Assembly (NCBI GenBank): GCA_051530055.1
Contig: CM121342.1
Span: forward strand, 9,129,480-9,193,479
Direction of reading: 5' to 3'
DNA length: 64,000 bases
Source of the DNA: Neoechinorhynchus agilis
Lineage: Eukaryota > Animalia > Acanthocephala
Positions 35,627 to 48,100 of the stretch are shown here, piece by piece. The position numbers were made by a program, and so were the translations under genes. The notes below the pieces were generated by a model. That model ran no database searches. It was not told the origin of the DNA and was given only the letters and a program-made list of their open reading frames with translations. Within the stretch, counting starts at the first letter, position 1. Every line of letters starts with the position of its first letter.

Positions 35627-36487
35627 CGTAGAATTGCAGAAAATTTTTGCTTGATTTGTTGGCTGCTGCTGAAAGATTGATGGTTGTATACTGCGCGATT
35701 TGTTTCACATACACGCGAAATAGGGGGTCCATTGATTCTCTTTATATAAATTATTTATAGATCAGCGAGAGATCGGCGGTCATTTGATCTATTGTTTTTA
35801 ATTTCATATCCTGTTTTCTTAGGGGAACCAATCAGCGTGCGCAGTTCGATGATATCTACGTGAAGGGGGGGGATTAAATTTCATTCGTTATTAAAACGAG
35901 ATATTTAATCATATCAATAGCGCTTGTGACCTTAATCATGGCAGAAATTTAAACTCTCAGGTGGAATAATTCATTGACAATAAAAATCATTCGTAACTAG
36001 TGGTCTAGTCGAATTCCAAGGGGAAATCTGCCTAATGGGTGAAATTGAAATTTGAATAATTCGTTCTATTTTGTTTAATTTAAAATGATCTTGAAAAAAC
36101 TCGTTTTAAAATTGAAACTCACATTTTTTGGATTAATTAAAGGTAGCCATTGAAATTAACAATATTTACATTTATCAAGTTCAACAGATAAATCGACTGT
36201 GCATATGTTTTTCCTTAACGTTCATCAAAAACTTAAAATCAAATCATGTTCATTTTTTTTGTCCATGACAATTAGTTATTCAAGAAATTCGTAGTCTTTA
36301 CGGAATCGTTAGTACGAAAATTCCAAGTATGGAATTCGACGTCAAACGGATTTTTGTTGTTTTTTCAGCATTTATTTTTAAAATTTGTTATTAAAAAGTT
36401 CGCGTAGAACGAATTTATGTCGTCCTGGGACTACTTGAAGCAGAATTCAAATTAGAGGACCAATTAATATTATTGAAAATTACAATT

Positions 36488-36673
36488 ATGATAAGTTTTA
36501 CACTTAAAGCGGTTGTAGAATCCAATGGTTTCCAATTTTTAAATAACGCCAACAAAAATTGTTACGTTGGATCAAAAGATGTTCCGCTGGCAATAATCAA
36601 TCAAAGATGGGAGCAATATGTTCTCGTTTCTAGTGATCCCGTGACGTATTATGTTTGCTTAAAAATGACCTAA
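36488..36673 (+). CDS. ORF C copy with a lost stop and a short extension
   Basis: ..DPVTYYVCLKMT*. Confidence 0.35.
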   Translation: MISFTLKAVVESNGFQFLNNANKNCYVGSKDVPLAIINQRWEQYVLVSSDPVTYYVCLKMT

Positions 36674-37943
36674 TCGATTAGCGCTTCAAAATCAAATATT
36701 ACTGCCATGCGCTAATTTGATTGATATTAAAATTCATTTGTTGCTTTTTAAATGATTGAATAGCGACATTGACAAAAATTAAGGTTTGAAGAAACAAGAA
36801 CTCATAAATTTTCTGTTACCTCTGAATAAAACGCGGAACTCGGACGATGCATGGTGGAAGCCACCCATTAGACAAACACGATTAAACGCATTCCCTCGAC
36901 GATTGAACGGGTATCACTAATCAATTGAATTTGTCTAAAAATTGAAAGACGAATAACTCAGAAGATAGATTTAGAATCAGCACGTTGAGATGACTAAATG
37001 AACATAATCAATTTTTGCTAGATTTCGTATCAAAGTGGTACATCGCGTATTTTTGCTCGGATTTCGCACCTAGAGCCTTTATCCCGCATCGAAGGCGACT
37101 CGGCATTTGCTAATCCCTTCCTCCATTTTTCGATGTAAAAGGCTTTGTGGTGGGTGCAACCTCGAAACCGGAGGTTTGAGTGTAACGTATCGGAGGAAAT
37201 GTTGTTTCGGCAGGCCTTTAGGATGCTTCAGCCCTTCACCGGGAATTACTCGCTCGTAACTCGTGGCCATATTAACTTAAGCGAACCCCTCGCTTTTTGT
37301 CCCTGATCCGGACTGCACAAATATCTGTTCCGTATATAGTCATTATTTTTCCGGTCAAGCATGGTTGTGTCATTTATCCAACTCAACGTTTTCGTCTCCA
37401 TCGTCTATGGTCGCCATCGGCTGATAGTATTTAAAATGTTCAACGAGTGATAGGTCGATGTTGTTTATCGTGAGCGGATCTCTCTCTCTTTATTACCTGT
37501 TGTGAGACTCGAAACTCCTACAAAACAAAAGTCTGGTTGTGCAACGGGGGAACGCTGAATCCGTCCTGATTCAAAGCGCTGGTGTGAATGCTGGTAAGAT
37601 TTGGCCGAGAAAATAAATTTTTCAAAGCTCCTCACCGACAAAGTGAACCGACTTTTGCGGATATTTTTGTGTGTACCCAACCTTCTAATTTCATTTTTTC
37701 TATTTTGCAAAATCTGTCTTCTAGCGTCAAAAAGGCTGAGCGTTTGCGTTCCATATATCGTAATTTCCTGCGCAAACTGTCTCAGCAATTCTTGACAGCG
37801 TTCTTTACTTACGGACCGATAAGCTAGCTGAGAATTCGTTGTGTGGTCTCGGTCGGTCTTTTTTGAGGTCTTTCTTTACACAATGCAGCCGAACGTTGTC
37901 CTCTCGGATTCTGCCGTGCCGACTGTGACGTCATCAATTGTAG

Positions 37944-40919
37944 TTGGATTACCCTGTGCCCATCACACGACAACTGGACGACGTCGAGTTCAATGATGAT
38001 GACGCAAAGGCTTTACAACAACAGGCCGAGGTATCGAACCTCCGGGCCACTTCTTCTCCGAAAGGTTTTTGTTCGGAATGCGGTGGTTGTTTTTGCCTTA
38101 ACAAATCCTTGTTAGTTCGGATACACGGTCCCTTCAGATCCCGCTGTTCCGGTTCCTCCCGACCCCCAAGATCTGTCATCCCGAACCCACTACCTCCTCG
38201 GAATGTCCCAGCGCCTCAGGTCATTCCCACGAAATTCCCTGATATCTTGCGCGTTCTGCCCAGGAACGTCCTGAAACGGATCCCAAAGGGCCCTCGGTAT
38301 CAGATGACGAAGTCATTTAGTGCTTTGCTAAGGGATTGCTTAGAAAACGGGTCTGACATTGCATGGACACGTCTCTTCGCTTTCCCCAGGCTGGTTCTTC
38401 GTGCTGGTAACCGTTCGGAGGGGTCGTTGGTCAGTTCAATCAAAGAAAGAATCGCTTCCTTCGATCAACTCTTTTCGGACGCAATTCGAGCTGTCGATCG
38501 CGGACCTACAGAACAACCTACACACAGTAATTTTTCGGCTAGATCCATAGGGGAACGTGCTTCCTCCAAAATTGCGGATGGTGACATTCGGGGAGCTGTT
38601 CGCATCCTTTCCTCCTCTGAAGTTTTTACCCAGGTTAACGAGGAAACTCTCAAAACCTTGAACCAAAAACATCCTCCATCGGAACCACCGAAAATTCCGA
38701 CTTGCCTCGCGGCTGCCTCGAAGTCTCCCTGCTCTGTAAAGGAACTCAATTCAGCGATATCCTCCTTTGCTAGTGGATCCGGTCATGGGCTAGAAGGGCT
38801 TAGGCCTCAACACCTCAAGGACATGTTGTCCTTCTCCGTCGGTGAATCCGCTCAGAGCCTTTTGAATGGATTGTCACGCCTCGTTGATCTGTTCGTTGGT
38901 GACGAATTGCCTCCCGTCGCAATTCAGTTGTTCTTCGGCGCTTCACTCTGTGCCCCAAAAAAGAAAGACGGTGGGATTCGTCCCATCGCTATAGGATCGA
39001 CACTTCGGCGTCTTGCAGCAAAGATTCTTTGCAAACGTCTTGCAGTTGATCTTGGCGAACTTTTCCGCCCGGTACAACTCGGTTGCTGTGCGCCTTGCGG
39101 AGCCGAAGCTGTCGTGCACGCACTACGCTCCTTTTTCACAAACAGTTCAGAGTCCTGTGTTGTGCTCAAGTGCGACTTCCGAAACGCCTTCAACTGTGTT
39201 GATCGCAGTGTGCTCCTAGAAGCTGTCGTAACTTACGCACCGGAAGCATACCAGTATTTCCTCAACGCCTATGGGACTGAGACTCCTCTTGTTTTCAATG
39301 ACCGTACCATCTGGTCTCAACGAGGTGTCCAACAAGGTGATCCTCTCGGTCCTATCGGTTTCTCTCTTGCCGTCAACCGGATCGCTCATTCGCTCCAATC
39401 CAAGTTTAATGCTTGGTATTTGGACGATGCAACACTCGGTGGGTCTCCCTCCGTGGTGTTGCGAGATTTGGAGGTCGTCATGAGGGAAGCTGCCAAGCTC
39501 GGCGTTGAGCTTAATACCTCGAAATGTGAGCTGTTTGTGATGAATGCAGAAAACGCCGCTAGTCAAACTGAGATCCTCAACAGCTTTACGCAGCTAGCAC
39601 CTAACATCAAAATAATTTCGCGTGCTCAACTGTCTCTTTTGGGTAGCTGCGTTTTTAATGAAAATATACCTCAGGAGATCCTCCAAATAGCGCCGAGAGT
39701 CGAATTGCTCTGCGAGCGTACGAAGGAACTTCTATCCCATCAGGCATTATTTTTAATAAAGAGTGCCCTGTTCCTTCCGAAGTTGCTGTACAAGTTGCGT
39801 ACAACGCCCTTCTTCAAACATCGACACTCCTTGACGAAAATTGATGATAATTTAAGAAGGTGTCTCGAAGGGATTTTAAATATCCAACTGTCGGATGAGG
39901 CATGGAGACAAGCTTCCTTGCCTGTATCTTCCGGCAGTTTGGGTATTCGAAAAACAGCCGATGTTGCGATTCCGGCCTTTTTAGGTTCCTATGAGAGCAG
40001 CCGAAAGTTGGTAGCTAAATTGCTCGAAAAAGAGTTTTTACTTGATGAAAATTTTAAAGAGGCGGTCTTCGAGTTTTGCCGCATTACGCAGTGCGATGAA
40101 GTTACTTTGAGAGACAAAAGACGGTCAGTTTGGGGTAAACCTTTAATCACTCGAGTTCATGGCTCAATGCTTTCCGACGCGCGTGATGAGGTGACCCGAG
40201 CTAGATTGTTGGCAGTCTCTTCGAAGGAATCTGGTGCCTGGCTGAACGCCGTTCCGATTCCTTCTCTCGGAAATTCACTCAGAGACGAAACAGTAAAGAT
40301 CGGATTGTCCTTACGACTAGGTCTCCCGATTTGTGCCCCACACTACTGTCGTTGTGGGGCCCTTGTGGATTCTTTGGGTAGACACGGTCTCGTCTGTCGC
40401 CAGTCCGGTGGCAGGTATGCTCGCCACGCTGAGATTAACTCGGTTATTAGTCGGGCCTTAAACACGATACACGCACCGAATCTGCTCGAACCGAGTCACC
40501 TCTGCAGACTCGACGGTCGAAGACCGGATGGGGTAACAGTGTTCCCGTGGCGAGAAGGGAAATCCCTTCTCTGGGACGCTACTTGTGTGGACACCCTTGC
40601 TCTGTCCAATCTAAGACATTCCTCAAGGCGCGAAGGAGGTGCTGCAATTGCTGTAGAGGAACGCAGGTGCGGGAAGTACGCGGAGCTCTTGAGAGCACAT
40701 CACTTCGTCCCTTTCGGCGTTGAGACGCTCGGTGCCTTCGGTGCTGAGGCCAAGAACTTTACGGCGGATCTTTCAAGGAAGATGAGGATCGCAACCGGAG
40801 ACCCAAGAGCAGGAACGTTCTTCCTGCAAAACATAGGTCTCGCGATCCAGCGCGGCAACGCTGTAAGTGTCCTTGCGACGGTTCCGAATGGTAAAGAGAT
40901 GAATCTGGAAGGCTGGTAG
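37944..40919 (+). mobile_element. CRE-clade-like non-LTR retrotransposon, open 991-codon frame: N-terminal Zn finger, RT, CCHC-like motif, restriction-like endonuclease
   Basis: CSEC..IHGP..C, GIRPIAIG, DFRNAFN, GVQQGDPLGP, WYLDD, CRC..GRHGLVC..RHAEIN, RRPDG..WDATCVDT; A-run at about 40979-40987. Confidence 0.96.
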
Positions 40920-41774
40920 ATACATGAGACTTGATTTGCTGTGAGCTTAGTTTTTGCATGAATTAAATCTGACTAAGGAAAAAAAAGTTAAAGGCAATTT
41001 TATTTCTGTGGTGATACTTTTTGTTTAATTTTCCACCAGATTGAAAAACCTTCCTCAATTTTTACTATGATCTCATGTAGATTTTGATTTCAGAATCACG
41101 TATTGCATTTGTTCCCAGTTGTATGCAGACAATCTTTTATGATTGTTCGTATCCCAAAGTTCGAACTTACTTTTAAGTAAATTTTCAAGAATTCTGAGAA
41201 TGCAAATAGTCGTCCGTAGCCTCCTTTCGCCGTTTCCTTTTATTAAGGAAGAGAAAATTGCTGTGTTCCGATCAAATTTCGAATAAAAGCCGCCAATCCT
41301 TTTAATTCAACATCCGCAATCAAATTCGAACTAAATTTTCCATAAGTGGATTTCAGACTAGACTTGATTTGCTGTGAGTATATTTTCAATAAAGATTTGC
41401 AAATTAAAAAAAATGTGACAAAAACTATAAACATTGAGTGATTAATTTCTCAAAATGGTCATGTGAGTGTTATATCCACAAATATGGTGCCATCTTGGTC
41501 CCTCGAAAGCTATTTGACAATAAACATTGTCTAAAATGCAATAGTCTGCAAGCCGCAGAGTTACTTCAATTAAACGTTCATTTTTACAGCACAATTCCAA
41601 CACTTTTTACCTCCTAAACAAAGCCATCATAGGATGAAGGCAATGAGAATATCAAAATAAAGAAACCACAAACGATTTTTTTGCGAAAAGTGCGTTCAAA
41701 AAATCGGACATCATTCGCAAATGCGGGATTTAATGCGCTGACGGTGTTGCTCAAAAATAAACTCAAATCCGAGA

Positions 41775-42473
41775 TTAACGTAAACGATCATTTTCAGTAT
41801 TAACGGACCTTTGTTCAGTGTCATCCTCGTCGCTGGAAAGATTTGAAGTAAAGGTTACACCCATGTCTCTTATTGGTTTCGTCGATATACCACGTCCTTT
41901 TCTTAAATTCATCAAAATGGCCCTTCTCTCAGCATCTTCGGCATTGGAATCAATAAGATTATGGTCTTCTAATCGAGTCACCAAATTTTCTATAAAAATT
42001 CGTGTATGCTCGATCGAGCGAAACTCACATTTCATAGGGCCTATTATCCTTGTATTTAGGATCGCAACTATGCAAGCACAATCGTCCATGAGCAATTTCT
42101 TCGATAAGAATGGGAATTTGAGCAGATCTGCCCGAAGGAACTTTGTTTCTGGGTGGTCTTTTGCTATTTTAGCCATCTTCGTCAAAATCATATCACTTGT
42201 TGTAGGATTCTGATCTGTCCAAAAGAAGCACACGGACCGGCTGTTTTGTTTACAGTGTTCAAAGAAATCGTGTTCTCGTTCAAGAACACATAACTTCCCG
42301 CGTCCTTGTTCTAACCATTTTTCTCTATCCGCCTGACGTCTTTTTAATTCATTTATTCTTTGTTGACGAATAATACCGAGCTCGTTATCGTCAAGGTTTT
42401 TCATTCGTTCAATTTCGTTATCAATCTCATTTTCAACCAACTGCATAACAATTTTATCCACGGGAGCACTCAT
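41775..42473 (-). CDS. TXNDC9: Phosducin-like protein 3 / TXNDC9 family, copy 1
   Basis: LDDNELGIIRQQRINELKR..WLEQGRG..EHDFFEHCK..IAKDHPETKFLR..FPFL. Likely ATG at 42473; the track's longer start is GTG. Confidence 0.8.
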   Translation of the reverse strand: MSAPVDKIVMQLVENEIDNEIERMKNLDDNELGIIRQQRINELKRRQADREKWLEQGRGKLCVLEREHDFFEHCKQNSRSVCFFWTDQNPTTSDMILTKMAKIAKDHPETKFLRADLLKFPFLSKKLLMDDCACIVAILNTRIIGPMKCEFRSIEHTRIFIENLVTRLEDHNLIDSNAEDAERRAILMNLRKGRGISTKPIRDMGVTFTSNLSSDEDDTEQRSVNTENDRLR

Positions 42474-42954
42474 TATCCAGCAATTTCCTAAAAAAGAATT
42501 TAGCAAATACATCTTCCAATCGGCCGTGTTCACGTAATCAAAATCTCCGGAAGAAAGCTCATTTTAGTAACCAATGACGTCACAAGAAAATGTCGTCACT
42601 GCTATTGCGCATCACCAAATCGGTTGTTGTGTCTCGAAACGTGTTAAAATGCTTCCAGTTGACAATCACTCATCTCTTCTTGAGCTTAATCAGTGACGTT
42701 GTTAAAGTTTCATCCTCAATCACAATAAAATCTTTTTTCTATTTGAAGATCCTGAATTATTCATATTAAAATAAAGAAATAAAGTCGTTTGCTAAGAGTC
42801 GTACTGAGAAATTGAATTCTAGAATACATACCTGGAGGATTCATGCATAAAACTTCGATTTTAATATTTATCTAAATTTCTTCCACTTTTCTGTATTGGA
42901 AACGCTGAGATGCCTCGGAAAAGAAGTCGATTATTTCCTGCCCCATATCCCTGT

Positions 42955-43140
42955 TTCAGGGTCAAAGGGTTCGAATCCACGATCGCCAATGACGCACAAC
43001 CAAAGGGGACGAAATACCGCTGAAGGGAGGAAACTCACTGATGAGTCCCGCCTCCTGGAGGTATCTGAGGATCCGGAGAGATGTACGAACTCTTAACGTT
43101 TCATCCGAGTTTAAGTGGTTGCATCACTTCTCTGATGTAA
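42955..43140 (+). mobile_element. tRNA-derived SINE (5'-truncated) with a hammerhead-like core
   Basis: GGTTCGAATCC B box, CGCCA, then GGGGAC-GAAA...CTGATGA-GTCCC; homologous to 52311-52530. Confidence 0.65.
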
Positions 43141-43159
43141 AACAAAGTTTCTCTGATCG

Positions 43160-43620
43160 CCGAAAGTGCTAATTCACATCAATATACTCACGAACAAGAC
43201 CGAAATCAATCAAATGGATTATTTGTTGCGAATTTAATCGACATCCACTAACGAAATTCTCCGGTTTTATGTCACGGTGCACAGGAAATTTCTAATGCAG
43301 CGATTTTAGCCGTTGAAGGAATTAAAAAGCTAACATAAGAACTGGTTTCAACGTAGTGTAACGATTGTTGACCATTTGTAAAGTACTCAACTTTAGGTCA
43401 GCAACAGTTGCTTAAATGTTCGACTGTACAATTTAAAGATCATTTCTATGTTGTCTACCAATAAATAACCAATCATTGTTTTGAACAAGCCTTCACTAGT
43501 ATATTTGTAGATATTGCACTCGTGGAAGATGGTCTGAAATTTGCGATCCGCATCCTCAACAGTGATTGCCACTTCATTGTTTGTCTCCGAACTTCCTACT
43601 GCGAATAATCGTAGTTAAAT
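43160..43620 (-). pseudogene. Casein kinase 1-like pseudogene fragment
   Basis: [40 protein letters not shown], with stops and frameshifts. Confidence 0.75.
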
Positions 43621-44399
43621 CGTATTCTTCAACAAGCTCGAGAATCGTATCCATTCCGTCTTACGCCTTTTGAATTTGTGCCTATTTTAGCATCCCAAAT
43701 TTCTTGTGCTATTCTGGGCTCGACTCACTATTGACATGTTGGATTGCATACATCACGTAATCCAAATCGGTCAATCGGGATTTCATATAGTTCATGCTGG
43801 TAAATCAGCAAAAAACAGTTTGCGTCTTGTCTTTTTCCGAATATTCATTATTTGCTTCTTCCTCGGTCTTTGGCAAATCCCAAATCTTCATCTAAGGTTC
43901 CTTAACTGTAGTATTATACTTTGAGATCTTTTTCGCTGTCTGGCGTGGTAGGGCGGGGAGAGGGGACTTCCCCGAAGTATAGAAAGATCGTCATTTTTAC
44001 TCCCGCGAATCCCTTGGAGGCCGCTTCAAAATAAATATTGCCATCAACTAATTGAACTCCTAATATTGTGATGGAGCGTATAATTTATAAGAAAATAAGG
44101 CGTGGTAGATATAATACCTAAGTACCGAACGGCGTACAAGATTGTAGCTCCGAAAATAATCGGATTTAATAAAATTCCTTCAATTTTTCACCGCCGTAAA
44201 AACATTGTTGATTGTTCTATCAATGTCGAATTGTAACACACTCGAGCTATACTGAAATCTTCATTGCGAATTTTCAAGGCCTCCGCCTCCTTCTCAAACA
44301 TCGAAAAATGGTACCTAAGTTGGTAGCCTTGACTCGGGTGCGTGGGGACCGTCGATTCCCGAGGTGATGTTTCACCCCTGCGTAAAAGACCCATGGAGA

Positions 44400-45000
44400 T
44401 TCCTCGTCGTAAGTCTTAGAGCAACATGCGGCCTTAAAATCGATCCAAGAAGCGATCCAAAATAAGTCGCTGACAAAGGTGGCGAATTGGTTGTGATCGG
44501 ACGAAGTTTAGAGAAAAGGATGATGTCGCCATTATTAGGAGAGTTGACAGAGAAGGATAATAGCAGGGAACGTCGTAAGGAAACGAATTCCGTCCTTTCC
44601 AAAATTTGATTGCTAGGGGCCAATTAAGAGGGTTTAGCGCTTACATCCGAGGACCACTGCATACGCCTGTAATGTATCCAATGACTAAAACGCATAAGAT
44701 GCCCACGGTTCCCATCACATTGACAACTGGATCATTGTAGTGAAGGCCGATCATCTCTACATTAAACGGCCCTAGGTATTTGGTCTCAAAACTGCTGGTT
44801 ATGATTCTCAGTCCACTCTTACAAACGACAAGGGCACATATTAAAAATGCGGAGGGACTGATTGAGTCCTTACATTGCCGGCGAGAGGATTTGGTTAGCT
44901 GCCGACTAGTCTTTTGATTTCGAAGCCGGAGAAATCATGGTATTGAGATAACGGATCTCATATGGCTCATACAAAAAAAACCGGAGCACTTAAAAGAGTA
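44400..45000 (-). mobile_element. Decayed LTR-element integrase C-terminus (homolog at about 50480-50800)
   Basis: FETKYLGPFNV (GPY/F-like); nucleotide similarity between about 44710-44870 and 50590-50740. Confidence 0.5.
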
Positions 45001-45181
45001 ATCGATCGATTTATTAACAGTGATGATTTTCTAGTAATGATTAAAGTGAAATTTTAAAGTACAACTCTAATTCTTCTCCTAATTTGTACTGGAGAAAGGA
45101 TCATCGTCGCTTATAGCCGGATGAAGAGAAAACGTGCGTAATGAAGAGCTGATCGCATGCGCATTAATAGACTGTACCGTC

Positions 45182-48100
45182 TGACGTAACAATTATACGC
45201 GACTAATTCTTCGTCGCCATAATTCAGCCGCTTACTAATCCGCACGCACGTACGCATTCACGCATACCGTTATTTTTCAAGTTGAATAAAACTGTTTGTG
45301 TCCACCACAATTAATTCAACTTGAAAAAATCCCGTCTCATGGAAAGAGTTCTTTGTCCGGAAAAAAACTAACGATCGAACCGACTGCTCCTTCGTCTGAA
45401 CGTGAATACAAATATTGGAAGAAAACGTTTGACAATTTCGTAGCTGCATGTGGAAATCAATGTCCAGGCAAACTTCAATGTTTGATACGTTTCGTCAGTC
45501 CAAACGTATATGAAATGATAGCGGAGCAACCCGATTTTGATAAGGCGATTGCGATCTTGGACAAAGCATACATTAAGGAGGCGAATTCAATTCTTTCCAG
45601 ACATGTGTTGGCTACGTACCAGCAGCAACCATCTCAGTCAATCGACGAGTTCGTCCGAGAACTAAACTGCATAAGCCGAAACTGTCAGTTAACGGACGTG
45701 ACCGCTGAGCAATACCGACTAGAACTCATTCGCGATGCTTTTGTTAGTGGGATTTCATCCCCATAATTCGTCAACACCTTCTGGAACATCATGCTCTAAG
45801 TTTGACCCAGGCGATCGACATAGCGAAGTCTCTAGATACAGCTCAGCGAAACGCTGAAATTTATGACCGTCAAGCGCCGCCTATTGCAGCTTTTGTCGAA
45901 GCTCCTCCATCGATTTCGCACCAGAAGCCTGAAACCGAGGATATGGAAATAGTAACTGCCATAAAGTCAAAAAAGTGCTGGTTTTGCGGTTTTGATTTGC
46001 TTCCAAGATCTCGTTGTCCTGCCAGAAAGTCTAAGTGTTCGAAATGCGGAAAAATAGGCCATTGGGGTAAAGTATGTCGATCCAAGCCATTAGAAAAGCA
46101 GCCGGAGGGCACCTCCGCTACTATGTTTTTATGTGCCAGCGACGAGCTTGCAGATCTAAACAATCGAATGTTCCTTATCGACGTGGTCATTGAGGGACTA
46201 CCGTTATCTGCTATGATCGATACAGGTAGTTCGAGCAACTTTATTAGTGATAAGGTTGCCATGAATCTGGGACTAAAAACGATTGCATCGGAAGGTATAG
46301 TCAAGCTGGCTACAACAAGTCAACAGATTCGAATCAAGGGCAAATGTCTCGTCGACATTCTTGTGGAAAATCGAACTCATCATGCTGTCAAATTCAGCGT
46401 GTTGGAGGACCTTTATACGGACGTCATACTCGGTCTAGAATTTCAAAAACTCCACAGAAGCATTCGTTTTGTCTATAATGGTTCCAAAGATGAATTGACA
46501 ATCAAGCCCCTATCAGACTGTAGCAACATGATCAAAGCTGATATGTTGGAAACCCCATTGTTTGACTCGATCCCTCGGAATATTAAGCCTGTTGTGACCA
46601 AATCGCGAATGTTTAGTGTTCAAGACCGTTCGTTTATCGATGGTGAAGTAAAAAAGTTACTTTATGCAGGCGTGATAGAACCTAGTCGATCTCCGTGGAG
46701 ATCACAGATTGTAGCCGTCAAAAACGACTCGAATTCAGGCAAGAAGCGACTAATTATTGATTATTCGCAGACTATCGATAGATTTACTTCGTTAGATGCT
46801 TACCCATTGCCTAACCTTCACCAGCTTATTAATACCATCGCTCAATACCGCGCATTTTCGACCTTCGACTTAAAAAGTGCATATCATCAAATCGGCATAC
46901 CTGCTTCCAAAAGACGGTACACCGCTTTCGAAGAGAATGGTAATCTTTACCAATTTACGCGTATACCTTTTGGCGTTACAAACGGTGTCGCCGCATTTCA
47001 AAGGGCGATGGATAATATGATTAAGGAAAAGAATTTGGAGTGTACGATTTCATATCTAGATGATGTTACTGTAGCAGGTAAATCGCAGGAGGAACACGAC
47101 TCGAATGTAAAGCTCTTTATGGAAGCTGTCGAGAAACGGAAGTTGAATTTAAATCATTCCAAAACTATATCGTCGGTCCGATCTATCAATCTAATGGGTT
47201 ACAACATCTGCAATGGAAAGATTCGGCCCGATCCGGAAAAACTACGCCCCTTATTTGAAATGCCTATTCCTTGTGATTCAAAAAGTCTAGCTCGAGTGCT
47301 CGGAATGTTGGCCTATTACTCAAAGTGGATCCAGGACTTTTCGTCGAAAGCTCAAATACTCCATAAATGTAGTAAATTTCCGATGGAAACCGATGAGATC
47401 AGAGTTCTCAAAGAATTGAAGGAAGAGTTGGGAAACGCATCCTTGGGTGCTATCGACGTGGATAGCCCATTCACCGTCGAATGCTACGCGTCTGATGTTG
47501 CTGTTTCGGCCACACTGAACCAAAACGGAATACCTGTGGCCTTCATGTCCAGGACGCTCAACAAGTGCGGGATGCGATATCCTGCCGTCGAAAAGGAGCC
47601 GATGGCAATCGTCGAAGCTGCCAGAAAGTGGCGACCTCTACTGAATGGGAGACGTTTTCAGCTTATTACTGACCAACGATCGGTAGCTTTTATGATGGAC
47701 GGTCGCTGACGAACCAAAATTAAGAACGACAAGATTCTAGGCTGGAGAATTGAGCTCTCTGACCTCTGCTATGAAATTCCTTATCGCCCTGGCAAAGATA
47801 ATATCGCTGCGGATGCGTTATCGAGGGCCAATGCAATCGACCTGACTGACTTAGAAGAGGTTCACAAGCAGCTCTGCCACCCTGGAGTCAGTAGGTTACT
47901 TCATTTTGTCAGATCGAAGAACTTACCATTCTCTACATCCGAGGTCAGGTCGATATGCTCGAAATGCAGAACGTGCGCTTTTGTCAAACCGCAGTTTTAC
48001 AGACCCTCCGTGGACTCCCAACTGATACAGGCATTAAAGCCGATGTATAGGGTATCGATTGACTTTAAAGGCCCACTTCCGTCCCGTTCTTCCAACAAGT

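Larger units (their letters stand above)
29950..36780. repeat. Higher-order tandem gene array A-B-C-A-C-A-B-C-A-C-A-B-C (alternating 1.5-kb and 1.0-kb units, about 2.52-kb period)
   Basis: A ORF 3' ends at 30284, 31795, 32803, 34321 and 35330 (spacings 1511, 1008, 1518, 1009). Confidence 0.95.

Noticed and set aside
37195-37245. Hammerhead on the minus strand (CTGAAGCA..GCCGAAAC)
   Set aside because: The core reads CUGAAGC rather than CUGANGA and helix II does not pair.
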